In this document: positions 37,927 through 48,354 of the stretch, one piece after another
How the letters are laid out: each line of letters starts with the position of its first letter
How positions within the stretch are numbered: position 1 is the stretch's first letter
Source: Promethearchaeota archaeon
GTDB lineage: Archaea; Asgardarchaeota; Lokiarchaeia; Sigyniarchaeales; SOKP01
Reading direction: 5' to 3'
Length of the DNA stretch: 64,000 bases
Assembly (NCBI GenBank): GCA_048939995.1
Contig: JBHLOY010000003.1
Span: forward strand, 128,001 to 192,000
Notes under the pieces: model-generated
Seen by the model: the letters and a program-made list of their open reading frames with translations, nothing else
The model's database searches: none
Told to the model about the DNA's origin: nothing
Position numbers and translations under genes: made by a program

Positions 37927-38631
37927 TTATATATTTTGCACTGGAAAAACAGAAATTTCTAAAAAAGATAAAATCATGACCACAGTATTAAATACAATAA
38001 TAATGAAGATCATTATATAGAAAATTCGTTTTCTACTTTGATCTTTTGGTTTTACGATGTGTGAGGTCCCATGTTTTGCTAAAGCAAGAGGAAAAAGACC
38101 AATAAATGTACCAAAAGAAAAATAAAGTACTACTAAAAATCCTTCAAGAAAGCCATATACAAAAGAATATTGTAAACACTGGGAATAAATAATTAATTCA
38201 AATATACAAGGTGCAAAGCCTACCAGGACTCCAAAAAAATATGGAGTTTTTTTACTCTCCCAATTCAAGTTAACAATGTTTTTAGCATACTTCGAATGAG
38301 GCATATAATCACGGCGAGTTATAAAAAATAAAAGAACAATTCCAGCGAACATGGATGTAAATGCACCAAAAAAATTTATAGCATAAGTATTTGGCACAAT
38401 TCCAAAAAGTTTGGGTAATGAACTAGCTAAAATAGTACCTCCCGCAATAATCATATTAGAGGACATTAAACCAATACCATAAAGAATCAAAATAATTAAA
38501 CTTCTTTTTGGATTTTTCGCAATCCCAAAAGACCAGAAGAAGAATATTGCCTTATCTTCGCATGGGATTGCTGTATGTAAGATTCCTAAGGTAAACGCTG
38601 GTATAAAAATAATAAGAAATTCTTGTACCAT
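37927..38631 (-). CDS. Membrane protein, NiCoT/UreH/DsbD_2-like (LysE superfamily)
   Basis: GILHTAIPCEDK, G.L.GFAPC and FSFGT motifs. Confidence 0.6.
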   Translation of the reverse strand: MVQEFLIIFIPAFTLGILHTAIPCEDKAIFFFWSFGIAKNPKRSLIILILYGIGLMSSNMIIAGGTILASSLPKLFGIVPNTYAINFFGAFTSMFAGIVLLFFITRRDYMPHSKYAKNIVNLNWESKKTPYFFGVLVGFAPCIFELIIYSQCLQYSFVYGFLEGFLVVLYFSFGTFIGLFPLALAKHGTSHIVKPKDQSRKRIFYIMIFIIIVFNTVVMILSFLEISVFPVQNI

Positions 38632-38716
38632 AATTAAAAACTTATTTGTCTTTTTGGAATCAAAGAATTATAATTCAATTTAGGTTGTGAAACAACATTA
38701 TATAATTTTAACCATT

Positions 38717-40018
38717 CTAAGCCATTGATTTTTTTAATATCGAATCATTTTCATTTTTACTTTTTACTAAACAATATCTGCATAAACCATAAAAATTCAA
38801 TACTAAAAAGATTGTTCCTCCAAAATTATATGGGAAGAAGTTTATTGTAAGTATAAAAATTCCTAGAAACACAACATTTAGAAAATTGTATACGTAAAAA
38901 CTTGGTTTAATAAAAATTTTAGCAATTTTGGATTTATCAGGTAATATAAATACGATTATTATCAAAAACGGTATTAGAGTAATCAGATGATGCTCCCATA
39001 CTTCAAAATAACTTATAAATGTTATCAATATTCCAAATGTATAACCAAAAATCAATGAATTCGTACTTGGACTTCTAAAAATATATATAATGAACCCGGA
39101 TAATCCAAAGATACCTAAAATTATTAAAAAAATTAGTGTTTGATTAAAGTTTAGACTATAAAACACAAAAAAGTTTAAAATTATCTTTGTTAAACTAAAG
39201 GAAAAATTTATGTCTATTGGATTAGAACCAGTAAAATTCGTATCTAAAAAACCATTCCATAATTTAGGATAAACCACGAAAACGATAATATTAAGAAGTA
39301 GAGGTAATATCGCACCAATTAATCTCGTCAAATTTCTTTTGATAAAGAAATTAAATTTTTTTTTCCTAAAGTTGATATTCATTAAAATTAAAAATGGGAT
39401 CATGAAAATTGTAATGGGTTTTAATATTACGCTTATTCCTAAAATTAAGCTTCCCAGAAAGTCCCACTTTATATTATCATATTTAAGGAAAATGTAAAGT
39501 GAAAATAAGATTAATAAAGTAATATACAAATTTACTTGACCTAAAAAGTAATTCATTAATTGTGGTACTCCTATTAAATACAAAGATATATAAAACGTAA
39601 ATTTAGATTTTCCAGATTCAGTATCAATAGGAGTGATTAGATTAATTATATTAAATAAAAGGATGCAGATTAAAATATTTAAAATACAGTTTATAATTGT
39701 GAATAGGACAAATCCAATCTCAAATCCAGTTATGTAAAACGGAATAAATAAAATTGGAGATAAAGGTAAATACCTATATTCCCATGCTGGTCCATATATT
39801 GGATCATATAAATTTTCAAAATCTTTTAGAAATATTTCAGCAGACTTATAAAAAACAAGAAAATCATTTTCTTGAGTATAACGAGTAATGGTAAATGTCA
39901 AAATAAATGATATTATGATAAATGCTATTTGAATCAAAAAGGCGAACTTAAATGACTTTTGACTCCAAAAATTTTTTAATATTCTTTTAAAATAAGCAGT
40001 ATATAATTTGAATCTCAA
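38717..40018 (-). CDS. Glycosyltransferase family 87 (GT-C, DUF2029)-like membrane protein
   Basis: DFLVFY, YRYLP, GQVN, K.I and WEHH motifs; multiple TM. Confidence 0.8.
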   Translation of the reverse strand: MRFKLYTAYFKRILKNFWSQKSFKFAFLIQIAFIIISFILTFTITRYTQENDFLVFYKSAEIFLKDFENLYDPIYGPAWEYRYLPLSPILFIPFYITGFEIGFVLFTIINCILNILICILLFNIINLITPIDTESGKSKFTFYISLYLIGVPQLMNYFLGQVNLYITLLILFSLYIFLKYDNIKWDFLGSLILGISVILKPITIFMIPFLILMNINFRKKKFNFFIKRNLTRLIGAILPLLLNIIVFVVYPKLWNGFLDTNFTGSNPIDINFSFSLTKIILNFFVFYSLNFNQTLIFLIILGIFGLSGFIIYIFRSPSTNSLIFGYTFGILITFISYFEVWEHHLITLIPFLIIIVFILPDKSKIAKIFIKPSFYVYNFLNVVFLGIFILTINFFPYNFGGTIFLVLNFYGLCRYCLVKSKNENDSILKKSMA

Positions 40019-40077
40019 TGTATATACCTTTATAATTTCTCACGAATATTTGAATTAAAGAATAATTGAATATATTT

Positions 40078-41169
40078 TTATTGATTTCTCTTAGAATCCC
40101 ACACATTTTTAACTTTGATAGCTTTTTTGTACATAAATTCAACTTTGCCTCCAATTTTATTGAAATCATGTAGTTCCACGGCGGTATCATAAGCATTTTT
40201 AACAATTCTTTCTCTAAATTCATTATCTGAGATTATTCTCTTTATACCCTTAATGTAATCATCCAAATTTTTAGCTTTATAACATGAATAGTCATGTTTA
40301 ACCCAATCAAACGCGGGAATGTCGCTCGCAATAATAGGAAGATGACAAATAGCTGCTTCTATTAAAGGAATACCTTGATTTTCATTTAAAGATGTATTTA
40401 AAAATAAATCTGCTCCAAAATATGCTTCTCTAATATCTTCATAAAACCCTGTGAATATTACGTTCTTTAATTTTAACGCCTCATCAATATCGGGGTTTTT
40501 ATTAATTGGCCCAACCCATACAAAATAGTAATTTGGAAATGCTTTGGCAACTTTTCCAAAAGTATCTACCCCTTTCTTCTTCCAACTTAAACCAACATTA
40601 ATGATTATTGTTGCATCTAATGGAACTTTATGTTTTTTACTTAGAAATTCTCTAAAGTTTTTTCGATATCTTTCTGCTTTTTTAAAGAATTCTAATCTAA
40701 TGCCATTGCTCACAACTTGAATTGGATAAGTCAAACTCGTTTGAATATCAATTAAACATTTTCGTGAATATTCACTTGGGGTTATTAAAAGATGAGCATT
40801 TCCATATAAAATTTTAAGCCAATACTTGAATATCTGATTGAATATCGGTTTATCTGGTAAAAAGTTACCTGCTAAGTCCTGAACTGTAGTATGAGCGTGC
40901 ATAACAACACAGGCTTTTCTTTTGTACTTCTTTTTAAGTTTACTTACTTGTAAATATGTTATAGGATCAAATGTAGAGGCTGCAATTATGTCCACCTGAT
41001 CATCATCCGCCCATTGAGGTTTTTTCTGTTTATTAAAAACCCATACATTATGACCTCTTTTTAACATTTCTTGAATTATATCATTTGTATTGGTTTCTAT
41101 TCCCCCCACTGTCTTGACATTTGTAAATTTTTTGTAAATTTGAATGTTTTCCACAAACACAATATTCAT
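40078..41169 (-). CDS. Glycosyltransferase family 4 (GT-B)
   Basis: GGIET, HAHT, PSEY, SNGI, KKG and ENQGIPLIEA motifs. Confidence 0.88.
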   Translation of the reverse strand: MNIVFVENIQIYKKFTNVKTVGGIETNTNDIIQEMLKRGHNVWVFNKQKKPQWADDDQVDIIAASTFDPITYLQVSKLKKKYKRKACVVMHAHTTVQDLAGNFLPDKPIFNQIFKYWLKILYGNAHLLITPSEYSRKCLIDIQTSLTYPIQVVSNGIRLEFFKKAERYRKNFREFLSKKHKVPLDATIIINVGLSWKKKGVDTFGKVAKAFPNYYFVWVGPINKNPDIDEALKLKNVIFTGFYEDIREAYFGADLFLNTSLNENQGIPLIEAAICHLPIIASDIPAFDWVKHDYSCYKAKNLDDYIKGIKRIISDNEFRERIVKNAYDTAVELHDFNKIGGKVEFMYKKAIKVKNVWDSKRNQ

Positions 41170-41264
41170 ACCTTCTATTATGAGGATTAAGAAAAAAATT
41201 TAACTATTACTCAAACTTAAATCTTCATTAATTATGAAAAATTGCAGAATCAAAGCTTTACAAT

Positions 41265-41711
41265 ATGTCAGAACGAGATTATGATTATGGAGTTTGTGGA
41301 GTTTTTTGTGAGATGTGTCCAACTGGAACTGGAAAAATTGCAAATTTAGCAAAAGAACTTTTAAGAATGATAGAAGGTTCATATAGTTGGGCAAAGGACT
41401 CCGTTGATTTTAGTTTTGATGATTTATATAAGGGACTTAGATGGCTGTCCAAGGATAGTTGTCCTACTTGCCAGAAAATTAAAGATCCATGGTGCGAAGT
41501 ATTAAAGTGTGAAAGAGCTAAAGAATTAAAAAGCTGTTTATTGTGTGATGTTTTTCTTTCATGTCAAAAAACTTCATATCATCGTGATAGATATCCATTT
41601 GTAATAGATCATTATCATAGAGTTAAAGAAGTAGGATTAGAAAAACATTTAGAAGAAGAAAGGGAAAGAACAAGAAAGGGGATAACTCTTATTGACATAA
41701 GAAAATGGTAA
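41265..41711 (+). CDS. DUF3795-like Cys-rich protein
   Basis: CGVFCEMCP, CPTC, C...C and CLLC..F.SC motifs. Confidence 0.7.
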   Translation: MSERDYDYGVCGVFCEMCPTGTGKIANLAKELLRMIEGSYSWAKDSVDFSFDDLYKGLRWLSKDSCPTCQKIKDPWCEVLKCERAKELKSCLLCDVFLSCQKTSYHRDRYPFVIDHYHRVKEVGLEKHLEEERERTRKGITLIDIRKW

Positions 41712-41787
41712 GGGTCATCGTATATCTCTTGCTTTAAAAAATTAAATATTCTATAAACAATTTATTTGAAGTAATCCTAATTTAAGT

Positions 41788-43218
41788 ATGATGCCTATGG
41801 CGTTTATAACTAAAAAAATAACTAAAACAACATTTGGTATTATTGTTGGAAATAGAGATGTTTTCCCTGATCACCTCGCAAAAGAAGGAAGAGAACAAAT
41901 TATTGAAGTAATGAAGGAAATGGGCTATGATTATATTATCCTAAATGAAGAAGATACTCATTATGGTGTTGTGGAGACATATGAAGATGCAAAAAAGTGT
42001 GCTGAATTATTTAAAAAAAATCGTGATTCTATATCAGGGATTATCTTATGTATGCCAAACTTTTCAGATGAAAAAGGTTTTGTATCAGCATTAAAACTTG
42101 CAAATTTTAATGTTCCTATCTTAGTTCAAGCTTCTTCTGATGAAATTGATAAAATGGATAGAATTCATCGACGAGATGCTTTTTGCGGAAAAATATCAGT
42201 ATGTAGCGTTTTATATCAGCATGGAATTCGTTTTTCTTTGACAAGTTCACATACTTGCCCTATAAAGTCTGAGGAGTTTAAAAATGATATTACACGATTT
42301 GAAAAAGTTTGCAGAATAGTGAAAAACCTCAAAGGAGCCAGATTTGGTCAAATTGGCACTAGGCCGAATGCTTTTGAAACTGTGAGATATAGCGAAAAAA
42401 TTTTAGAGTTTAATGGAATTACAATTGAACCTATTGATTTATCTGAAATATTTGGAGAAATAAGTAGATTGGATAATAATGATCCTAAAGTAAAAGATAA
42501 GATGCAAGCTATCAAGAATTATACTCCAACTAGAGTTTTTCCAGAGAATAGTATTCTAAAATTAGCAAAACTAGCTGTAGTCGTAGAGAAGTGGGTATTA
42601 GAAAATGAATTAGATGGTATAGCAATACAATGCTGGAGTTCAATGCAAGATAATTTTGGAATTGTACCTTGCGCCATCATGAGTATGTTTAGCGATGAAT
42701 TAATACCAGCTGCTTGTGAAGTTGATATTGCAGGATTAATCGGGATGTATATATTACAATTGGCTTCAGATTCCCCTTCAGCAATTTTGGATTGGAACAA
42801 TAATTATGGAGAGGATCCAAACAAGATGGTTCTTTTTCATTGTAGTAACCTTCCTAAATCATTTTTTGAAGATATTAGAATGACAGTTCATCCGATAATT
42901 GGAGACGATAAGCCTGATTCGAGCTATGGTGCAATCCAAGGAAGGATCAAGATGAAACCATGTACTCTTTTAAGAATAGAGACAGATGACATGTATGGAG
43001 ACATTAAAGCATTGCTAGTAGAGGGGGATTATCTCGATGATCCCTTGGAGACCTATGGGGGTTTTGGAGTTATTAAGATTCAAAATTTACAGAATATTCT
43101 TAAAACTTTATGTAGAGAAGGATTCGCTCATCATGTTGCAACGACCTTAAATAAAGTAGCAGAAATCGTCAACGAAGCTCTTGATCATTATTTGGGATGG
43201 AACATTATACGATATTAA
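41788..43218 (+). CDS. L-fucose/L-arabinose isomerase family protein
   Basis: NFSDE, DAFCGK, AIQCW, CEVD, FHC and GFAHH motifs. Confidence 0.85.
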   Translation: MMPMAFITKKITKTTFGIIVGNRDVFPDHLAKEGREQIIEVMKEMGYDYIILNEEDTHYGVVETYEDAKKCAELFKKNRDSISGIILCMPNFSDEKGFVSALKLANFNVPILVQASSDEIDKMDRIHRRDAFCGKISVCSVLYQHGIRFSLTSSHTCPIKSEEFKNDITRFEKVCRIVKNLKGARFGQIGTRPNAFETVRYSEKILEFNGITIEPIDLSEIFGEISRLDNNDPKVKDKMQAIKNYTPTRVFPENSILKLAKLAVVVEKWVLENELDGIAIQCWSSMQDNFGIVPCAIMSMFSDELIPAACEVDIAGLIGMYILQLASDSPSAILDWNNNYGEDPNKMVLFHCSNLPKSFFEDIRMTVHPIIGDDKPDSSYGAIQGRIKMKPCTLLRIETDDMYGDIKALLVEGDYLDDPLETYGGFGVIKIQNLQNILKTLCREGFAHHVATTLNKVAEIVNEALDHYLGWNIIRY

Positions 43219-43228
43219 TATATTTAGC

Positions 43229-44326
43229 TTATCTTATCATTTTAATTTCAAGTTCTTTTTGAAAGAATCCAGATTCTATAAGTTTTTTCTTTTCTTCTGT
43301 CAGTTCTGTTAGAATTTGAAAAGGGAACTTTTTACTTTTATCATTTTCCTTAGACTCTAACAATCGTTTTCTCGATAAATATATTGAATAAGATGAAATA
43401 TCAGATCCAATCCATCTCCTTTTCAATCGTTCAGCAGCTAAAAGCGTTGTTCCCGAACCACAAAAAAAATCCGCAATTAGATCTTGTTCATTACTACCTA
43501 ACTTAATAATTTTTTCAATTAAATCATGATGTTTTTGTGTAGGAAAGCCTGTCCATTCTTTTGAGGCCGGTTGTAAGCACGGGATTCTCCAAACATCATC
43601 CAATTTTTTATCTTTTACAATCCTATAAACTACATGTCCATTTTCATCCTTTACATTTTTCAATACTCCATTAATCATTTCTCTCTTTAATTGCTTTATT
43701 GGTGTTTGCCTTGGTATCCTGATTTCATTAAGAATATAATTGGAAGATTTACCATAAACTAAAATATTATCATGAGCCCGAGGTAAATTTTTCTTCCCTG
43801 CGGAATATTTATTGTAATAATACCAGATTACATCATTTACAAATCTGTTTTGGCCAAAAACCTCATCTAATAGAATTTTGACATAATGAGCTGCATGCCA
43901 ATCTAAGTGGATAAATATTAAACCATCAGGAGATAATAATTTTTTCATTAAAATTAATCTATCATAAAGCATCTGTAAATAGGAATCTAAACCGTTTTGC
44001 CAGTAATCACTATATATAGTATCTTCATAAATTTCTTCCTTGTCTTTGATTTCTATTTGATAATTATTACCAGAAAAAAAAGGGGGATCAATGTAAATTA
44101 ATTTTATTTTTTCCTCCCAATCTTCCAATAAATAAACCAAAATCTCTAAATTATCTCCCCAAAATAACTTATTTTTCCAATATGAATTGTCGTTATTAAT
44201 TTCGGCAGATATATTAAAATCTTTATCGCTAAAGTCTAAGATTTCATATCTTTTATAATATAAGTTTTTTGAATTATCTAGATCTTTAGAAATATCTGAT
44301 TTACCTTTCCAAATTAAGCTAACCAT
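43229..44326 (-). CDS. Site-specific amino-DNA methyltransferase (beta class, N6A/N4C), apparently orphan
   Basis: IYIDPPF precedes FPTQK and DFFCGSGTT. Confidence 0.9.
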   Translation of the reverse strand: MVSLIWKGKSDISKDLDNSKNLYYKRYEILDFSDKDFNISAEINNDNSYWKNKLFWGDNLEILVYLLEDWEEKIKLIYIDPPFFSGNNYQIEIKDKEEIYEDTIYSDYWQNGLDSYLQMLYDRLILMKKLLSPDGLIFIHLDWHAAHYVKILLDEVFGQNRFVNDVIWYYYNKYSAGKKNLPRAHDNILVYGKSSNYILNEIRIPRQTPIKQLKREMINGVLKNVKDENGHVVYRIVKDKKLDDVWRIPCLQPASKEWTGFPTQKHHDLIEKIIKLGSNEQDLIADFFCGSGTTLLAAERLKRRWIGSDISSYSIYLSRKRLLESKENDKSKKFPFQILTELTEEKKKLIESGFFQKELEIKMIR

Positions 44327-44406
44327 AACTCTTTCAAATCAAAATTGTAATTTTCCTATTTAACTATAGATTAACTGATTATAATAAATTTCAGAAAAAT
44401 CTATAA

Positions 44407-45696
44407 TTAATAAATAGATAAATTAAAAATTAAAATCGTAAAAATCGTGAATGTAATTAAGATACTGATTGTCAATATTTGATAAATTAATAAATGGACT
44501 GTAAAATTTCTTTTATTTTTACTTTCATGCAAATTTTTACGAGCATAAAATATTTTATTAATTATTGCAGCTGATAAACCAATTGATAACATTATTAATG
44601 CATTCGCTACATTAATTAAGGAGATACTATAGGTAGTTACAACGAATAGAGATGATGCCCCTCCTGATAAGAAACCTATAACAAATGAAATTATGTAATA
44701 CCAATAATAAGTTAAAGGTGGTAGATATGTTGCGTATGCCTCTAAACCGAGAGTTATTAAGATAGCTAGTAGATATGTCCCAGTGAAAATCAAAGCCCCT
44801 TTAATTGATAATGGGTTTTTTACCTTTAAAAGGGTTAAACCTACTTTCTTTTTCCTTAGAATTAAAAAAGCACCAAATAAACCTATGATTGTCGTGATCG
44901 TTATCGGAATTAATGCATAGTAGAATAAACTAAAAGCTCCAATCGCTACTATTAATAACATTCGCAATAGCATTGTCTGAATAACAAGCCAAATTGATGA
45001 TGAAGGGGCACCATTTTCTGCTAATTCAACAGTGGTTGCTTCACTATGAGCAAATCCTCCCAAAAATGATATATAATAAAGATTGTTTCTTGTTGAACTT
45101 TTTAAAAGAAAATAACTGAAGTACTTTATAGCTAAAATAGTTATAAAAATAATTATTATTGCGCGAATATTAATCCCTACAATTTGGATGTTTTCTGGAA
45201 TCAATATAAACAAAAGGATTACAATAGCTAAAAATTCGACAGTTCCTGTCCATTCTATTTGCTTCAATTCTCTTATCTTTTCAAATTCTTTTTTAGTTGA
45301 TAAAATTACTAAAAAAACTACGGAAATTGCAATAGCAAGATATGGCATATAATAACTCAAAATTCCCACCACTATCGCTAAAAGCATCGACATTGTAGAA
45401 GTATAACCCGGTTCTTGAGTATGAAAAAGGCGATAAACACTCCCAATAGAAAGGAATATGATCATCGCACCAAAAATTAAAAATATTATTATTCGAGCAA
45501 GGTCAATAAGGAAATTTTCATACAAAATTATTAATACTGTTGATAATATGGCATATGCGATATGATCTCTCGCTCCAAATAACTTTCTTGCCCTTGTCCT
45601 TTCAATTCCAATAAGAAAACCACAAAAAGTTGAAATTATAATTACTAAAAGAAACTCATAAAATTGCGCTTCAATAGTCGTAATTTGCACTAACAT
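44407..45696 (-). CDS. MgtC/SapB + DUF4010 membrane protein
   Basis: GFLIGIER..., GARDH, GYTS and LGGFAHSEATT motifs. Confidence 0.8.
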   Translation of the reverse strand: MLVQITTIEAQFYEFLLVIIISTFCGFLIGIERTRARKLFGARDHIAYAILSTVLIILYENFLIDLARIIIFLIFGAMIIFLSIGSVYRLFHTQEPGYTSTMSMLLAIVVGILSYYMPYLAIAISVVFLVILSTKKEFEKIRELKQIEWTGTVEFLAIVILLFILIPENIQIVGINIRAIIIIFITILAIKYFSYFLLKSSTRNNLYYISFLGGFAHSEATTVELAENGAPSSSIWLVIQTMLLRMLLIVAIGAFSLFYYALIPITITTIIGLFGAFLILRKKKVGLTLLKVKNPLSIKGALIFTGTYLLAILITLGLEAYATYLPPLTYYWYYIISFVIGFLSGGASSLFVVTTYSISLINVANALIMLSIGLSAAIINKIFYARKNLHESKNKRNFTVHLLIYQILTISILITFTIFTILIFNLSIY

Positions 45697-45800
45697 ATTG
45701 TTAATTTATTAAAGTGAGAATGTAAAATAAATAATTACCCTAAAAATTAAAAATGAGAAACTTAAAGATTAACGATATAAGAAAATAAGAAATTAGAAAA

Positions 45801-46502
45801 CTATTTGTTCAGATTCTTCTCTATAATATCTTCTAACTCTTTATCAGAAAGAAAACCTTTATGAGCCATAAACTCTTTAATCTCTTCAATAACTTGTGGT
45901 GCTCCCTTAGCCTCGGTTATATAATCTTCAAGTGATTTTATCTTTAGATTCAATGCTTCGACCTCTTTCTCTTTTGATAATACTTCATTTTTGCTTTTTA
46001 CGATTTCTTCTTCTTTATCTTGAATGATTTTATTTAAATCATCTTTTAGGCTTTCAATTTCAATATATTTATCCGAAATTGTTTGTTGTAGATCTTTCTT
46101 CACACTTTCAAGTTCTCTCTCTCTTTGTTCCATATCTTCTTGTAAATTTTTCATCTTTGGCTCCAAATCTTTTAATACATCCAATTCAGACAATTTTTTT
46201 TCCAAATCAGATTTATTAGATTTAAGTGATGTTACTTCTTTATCAAGTCTTTCTTTATCTTCTTTAAGACTCTCCACTTCTTCAGTTTTTTCGGTTAAAC
46301 TTTTTTCTCTTCCAGTTAATTTTCCTTTAGTTTCATTTAATTCATTTATTGTTCTATCTAATTTATCTGTTTTTAACTTTAACTTTTGTTCTAAATCATT
46401 TATTTTCGTTCTTAGGTCTAATAAGAACTTCCCTTCGACCTTATGCGCCTTTTCAGGTCTTTCTGAAACACGATCCCAGTTTATTGACAATCTTCTTAAC
46501 AC
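45801..46502 (-). CDS. Coiled-coil protein, paralog A (start possibly TTG at 46490)
   Basis: Long heptad region; head and tail motifs shared with 46645..47319. Confidence 0.8.
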   Translation of the reverse strand: MLRRLSINWDRVSERPEKAHKVEGKFLLDLRTKINDLEQKLKLKTDKLDRTINELNETKGKLTGREKSLTEKTEEVESLKEDKERLDKEVTSLKSNKSDLEKKLSELDVLKDLEPKMKNLQEDMEQRERELESVKKDLQQTISDKYIEIESLKDDLNKIIQDKEEEIVKSKNEVLSKEKEVEALNLKIKSLEDYITEAKGAPQVIEEIKEFMAHKGFLSDKELEDIIEKNLNK

Positions 46503-46644
46503 CTACTATTTTTTGATTTGTTTATGATTATTTTACTTTAAATTATATAATTAAGTTTACAATATAATATATATATTTTTTCAAGCTTTCTATTTAATCT
46601 ATATTAGAATTTAAAACTTGTTTATTTGATTTTTATAATATTTA

Positions 46645-47319
46645 TTAATCAAATTCATTTATTATTTTCTCAAGTTCCTTATCCGAAAGAAAACCCTTAT
46701 GGATCATTGTTTCTCGAATTTTTTTAAGAACTTTTGGAGAACTTTCAACTTCAGATAATTGTCCTTCGAATTTTTTTACTTTTTCAATTAGCATATTATT
46801 TTCTTTTTGGTTATTGTTCAATTGCTCCTTAAGGCGATCTATTTCAGTATTCCTATTCTGCAGGTCTTTTTTGTGACTTTCAATCATTTTTTCTTTGAAA
46901 CTAATAGCTTGTTCCAATTCAGATACTTTTTCATTAGAAGATTTCAATTCCTGCTCCATTTGAGTTAATTTAGCTCCCTCTTCTGAGAGTTTCTTTTCTA
47001 ATTCCGCAATTTTAGGCTTCATTTTTGTAACTTCAATGTCTACATTCAACTTCTGCTCTGCAATGTCATCTAAATTCTTTTTAGCAGAAGAGAACTTCTC
47101 TGTTATTTTAACTAAACTTTTCTCTCTCCCCGTCAACTTTTTTTGAGTATCCCTTAACTCTGCCTTAACTTTTCGTAATTCTTCTTTATTATAGGATAAA
47201 TCATGTTCCAATTGAATAACTTTAGCTCTAAGATCTAATAGAACCCTTCCTTCAACCTTTTGACTCTTTTCAGGATGTTCCTCAGCTTTCGTCCAGTCAA
47301 TTTGATCCAATTGATTCAC
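46645..47319 (-). CDS. Coiled-coil protein, paralog B
   Basis: Long heptad region; shared KVEG..LLDLR, LTGREKSL and HKGFLSDKELE motifs. Confidence 0.8.
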   Translation of the reverse strand: MNQLDQIDWTKAEEHPEKSQKVEGRVLLDLRAKVIQLEHDLSYNKEELRKVKAELRDTQKKLTGREKSLVKITEKFSSAKKNLDDIAEQKLNVDIEVTKMKPKIAELEKKLSEEGAKLTQMEQELKSSNEKVSELEQAISFKEKMIESHKKDLQNRNTEIDRLKEQLNNNQKENNMLIEKVKKFEGQLSEVESSPKVLKKIRETMIHKGFLSDKELEKIINEFD

Positions 47320-47520
47320 TCAATAATTATAGTTTTTTTGTATTAAAATTCTTGAATAAGAATTATAATTATGCTCTCATTCTTATTAATTCACACTAAA
47401 TAATATATATTCTACATAAAATTAATTATTTATAAAAGTAATTTATTTTAACTCATTCTTTATTGATAGTTTTAGATAAGTAGTTAAATACTCCCATAGG
47501 AATTAAAGTTTTAAGTAAAT

Positions 47521-48324
47521 ATGGTTAAAATCTCTATAGGTACAGCAGGATGGGATTATAAGGGATGGAAAGGTACTTTTTATCCTAAAAAACTAGATAA
47601 ACAGCACTATTTAAATTTTTATTCTAATTATTTTAATGTTATTGAAATTAATTCAACTTTCTATAACCTCCCTTCAAAAATTATGGTGAATAACTGGCTA
47701 AGTAAAGTACCGGACAACTTCCGTTTTATTATTAAAGTTTGGCAAGAAATTACCCATAATTTAGAAGGTAATCTTAACGAGCGCTTATATCAATTTTTTG
47801 AAAGATTCAGGCCATTAAAGAAAAAGATATTTGGGTTCCTTTTTCAATTTCCACCGAGTTTCATATATTCTAAAAGACATCATGATAAGTTGCTAAGTTT
47901 AACTAGTCAACTTCCCTTGGACTTAGAGATTAGATATATCATAGAACTACGAGATGATAGTTGGTTTAACCCTAATAATCTTGCTGATATTATCGATGGT
48001 AATAGGATCATCCTTGGTACTACTTATCAACCAGGTATAAAACCATATTACTTCCAAAATCAAAGATATTATTATATAAGACTTATCGGAGATCGTGAAT
48101 TAACTACTTTTGGACGAATTCAAAGAGAACAACGAGATTCTTTAGATGATTTATTCAAAAGCATTAATATCTTACAAAAATCCAATCAAATATATGAAAT
48201 CTTCATTATTGTTAATAATCACTTCCAAGGGATGGCACCTCAATCTGCGAATCTTATAAAGGAACAATTGAATTTACCAATTAAATACTTTAATCAACAG
48301 AAAAGTTTGGAAGATTATATTTAA
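47521..48324 (+). CDS. DUF72 family protein
   Basis: IGTAGW.Y..W...FYP, EINSTFY, QFPPSF, ELR, YIRL.G and NNHFQG motifs. Confidence 0.9.
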   Translation: MVKISIGTAGWDYKGWKGTFYPKKLDKQHYLNFYSNYFNVIEINSTFYNLPSKIMVNNWLSKVPDNFRFIIKVWQEITHNLEGNLNERLYQFFERFRPLKKKIFGFLFQFPPSFIYSKRHHDKLLSLTSQLPLDLEIRYIIELRDDSWFNPNNLADIIDGNRIILGTTYQPGIKPYYFQNQRYYYIRLIGDRELTTFGRIQREQRDSLDDLFKSINILQKSNQIYEIFIIVNNHFQGMAPQSANLIKEQLNLPIKYFNQQKSLEDYI

Positions 48325-48354
48325 AAATAATATCTGTCAAAAAAATAGAAAGAG

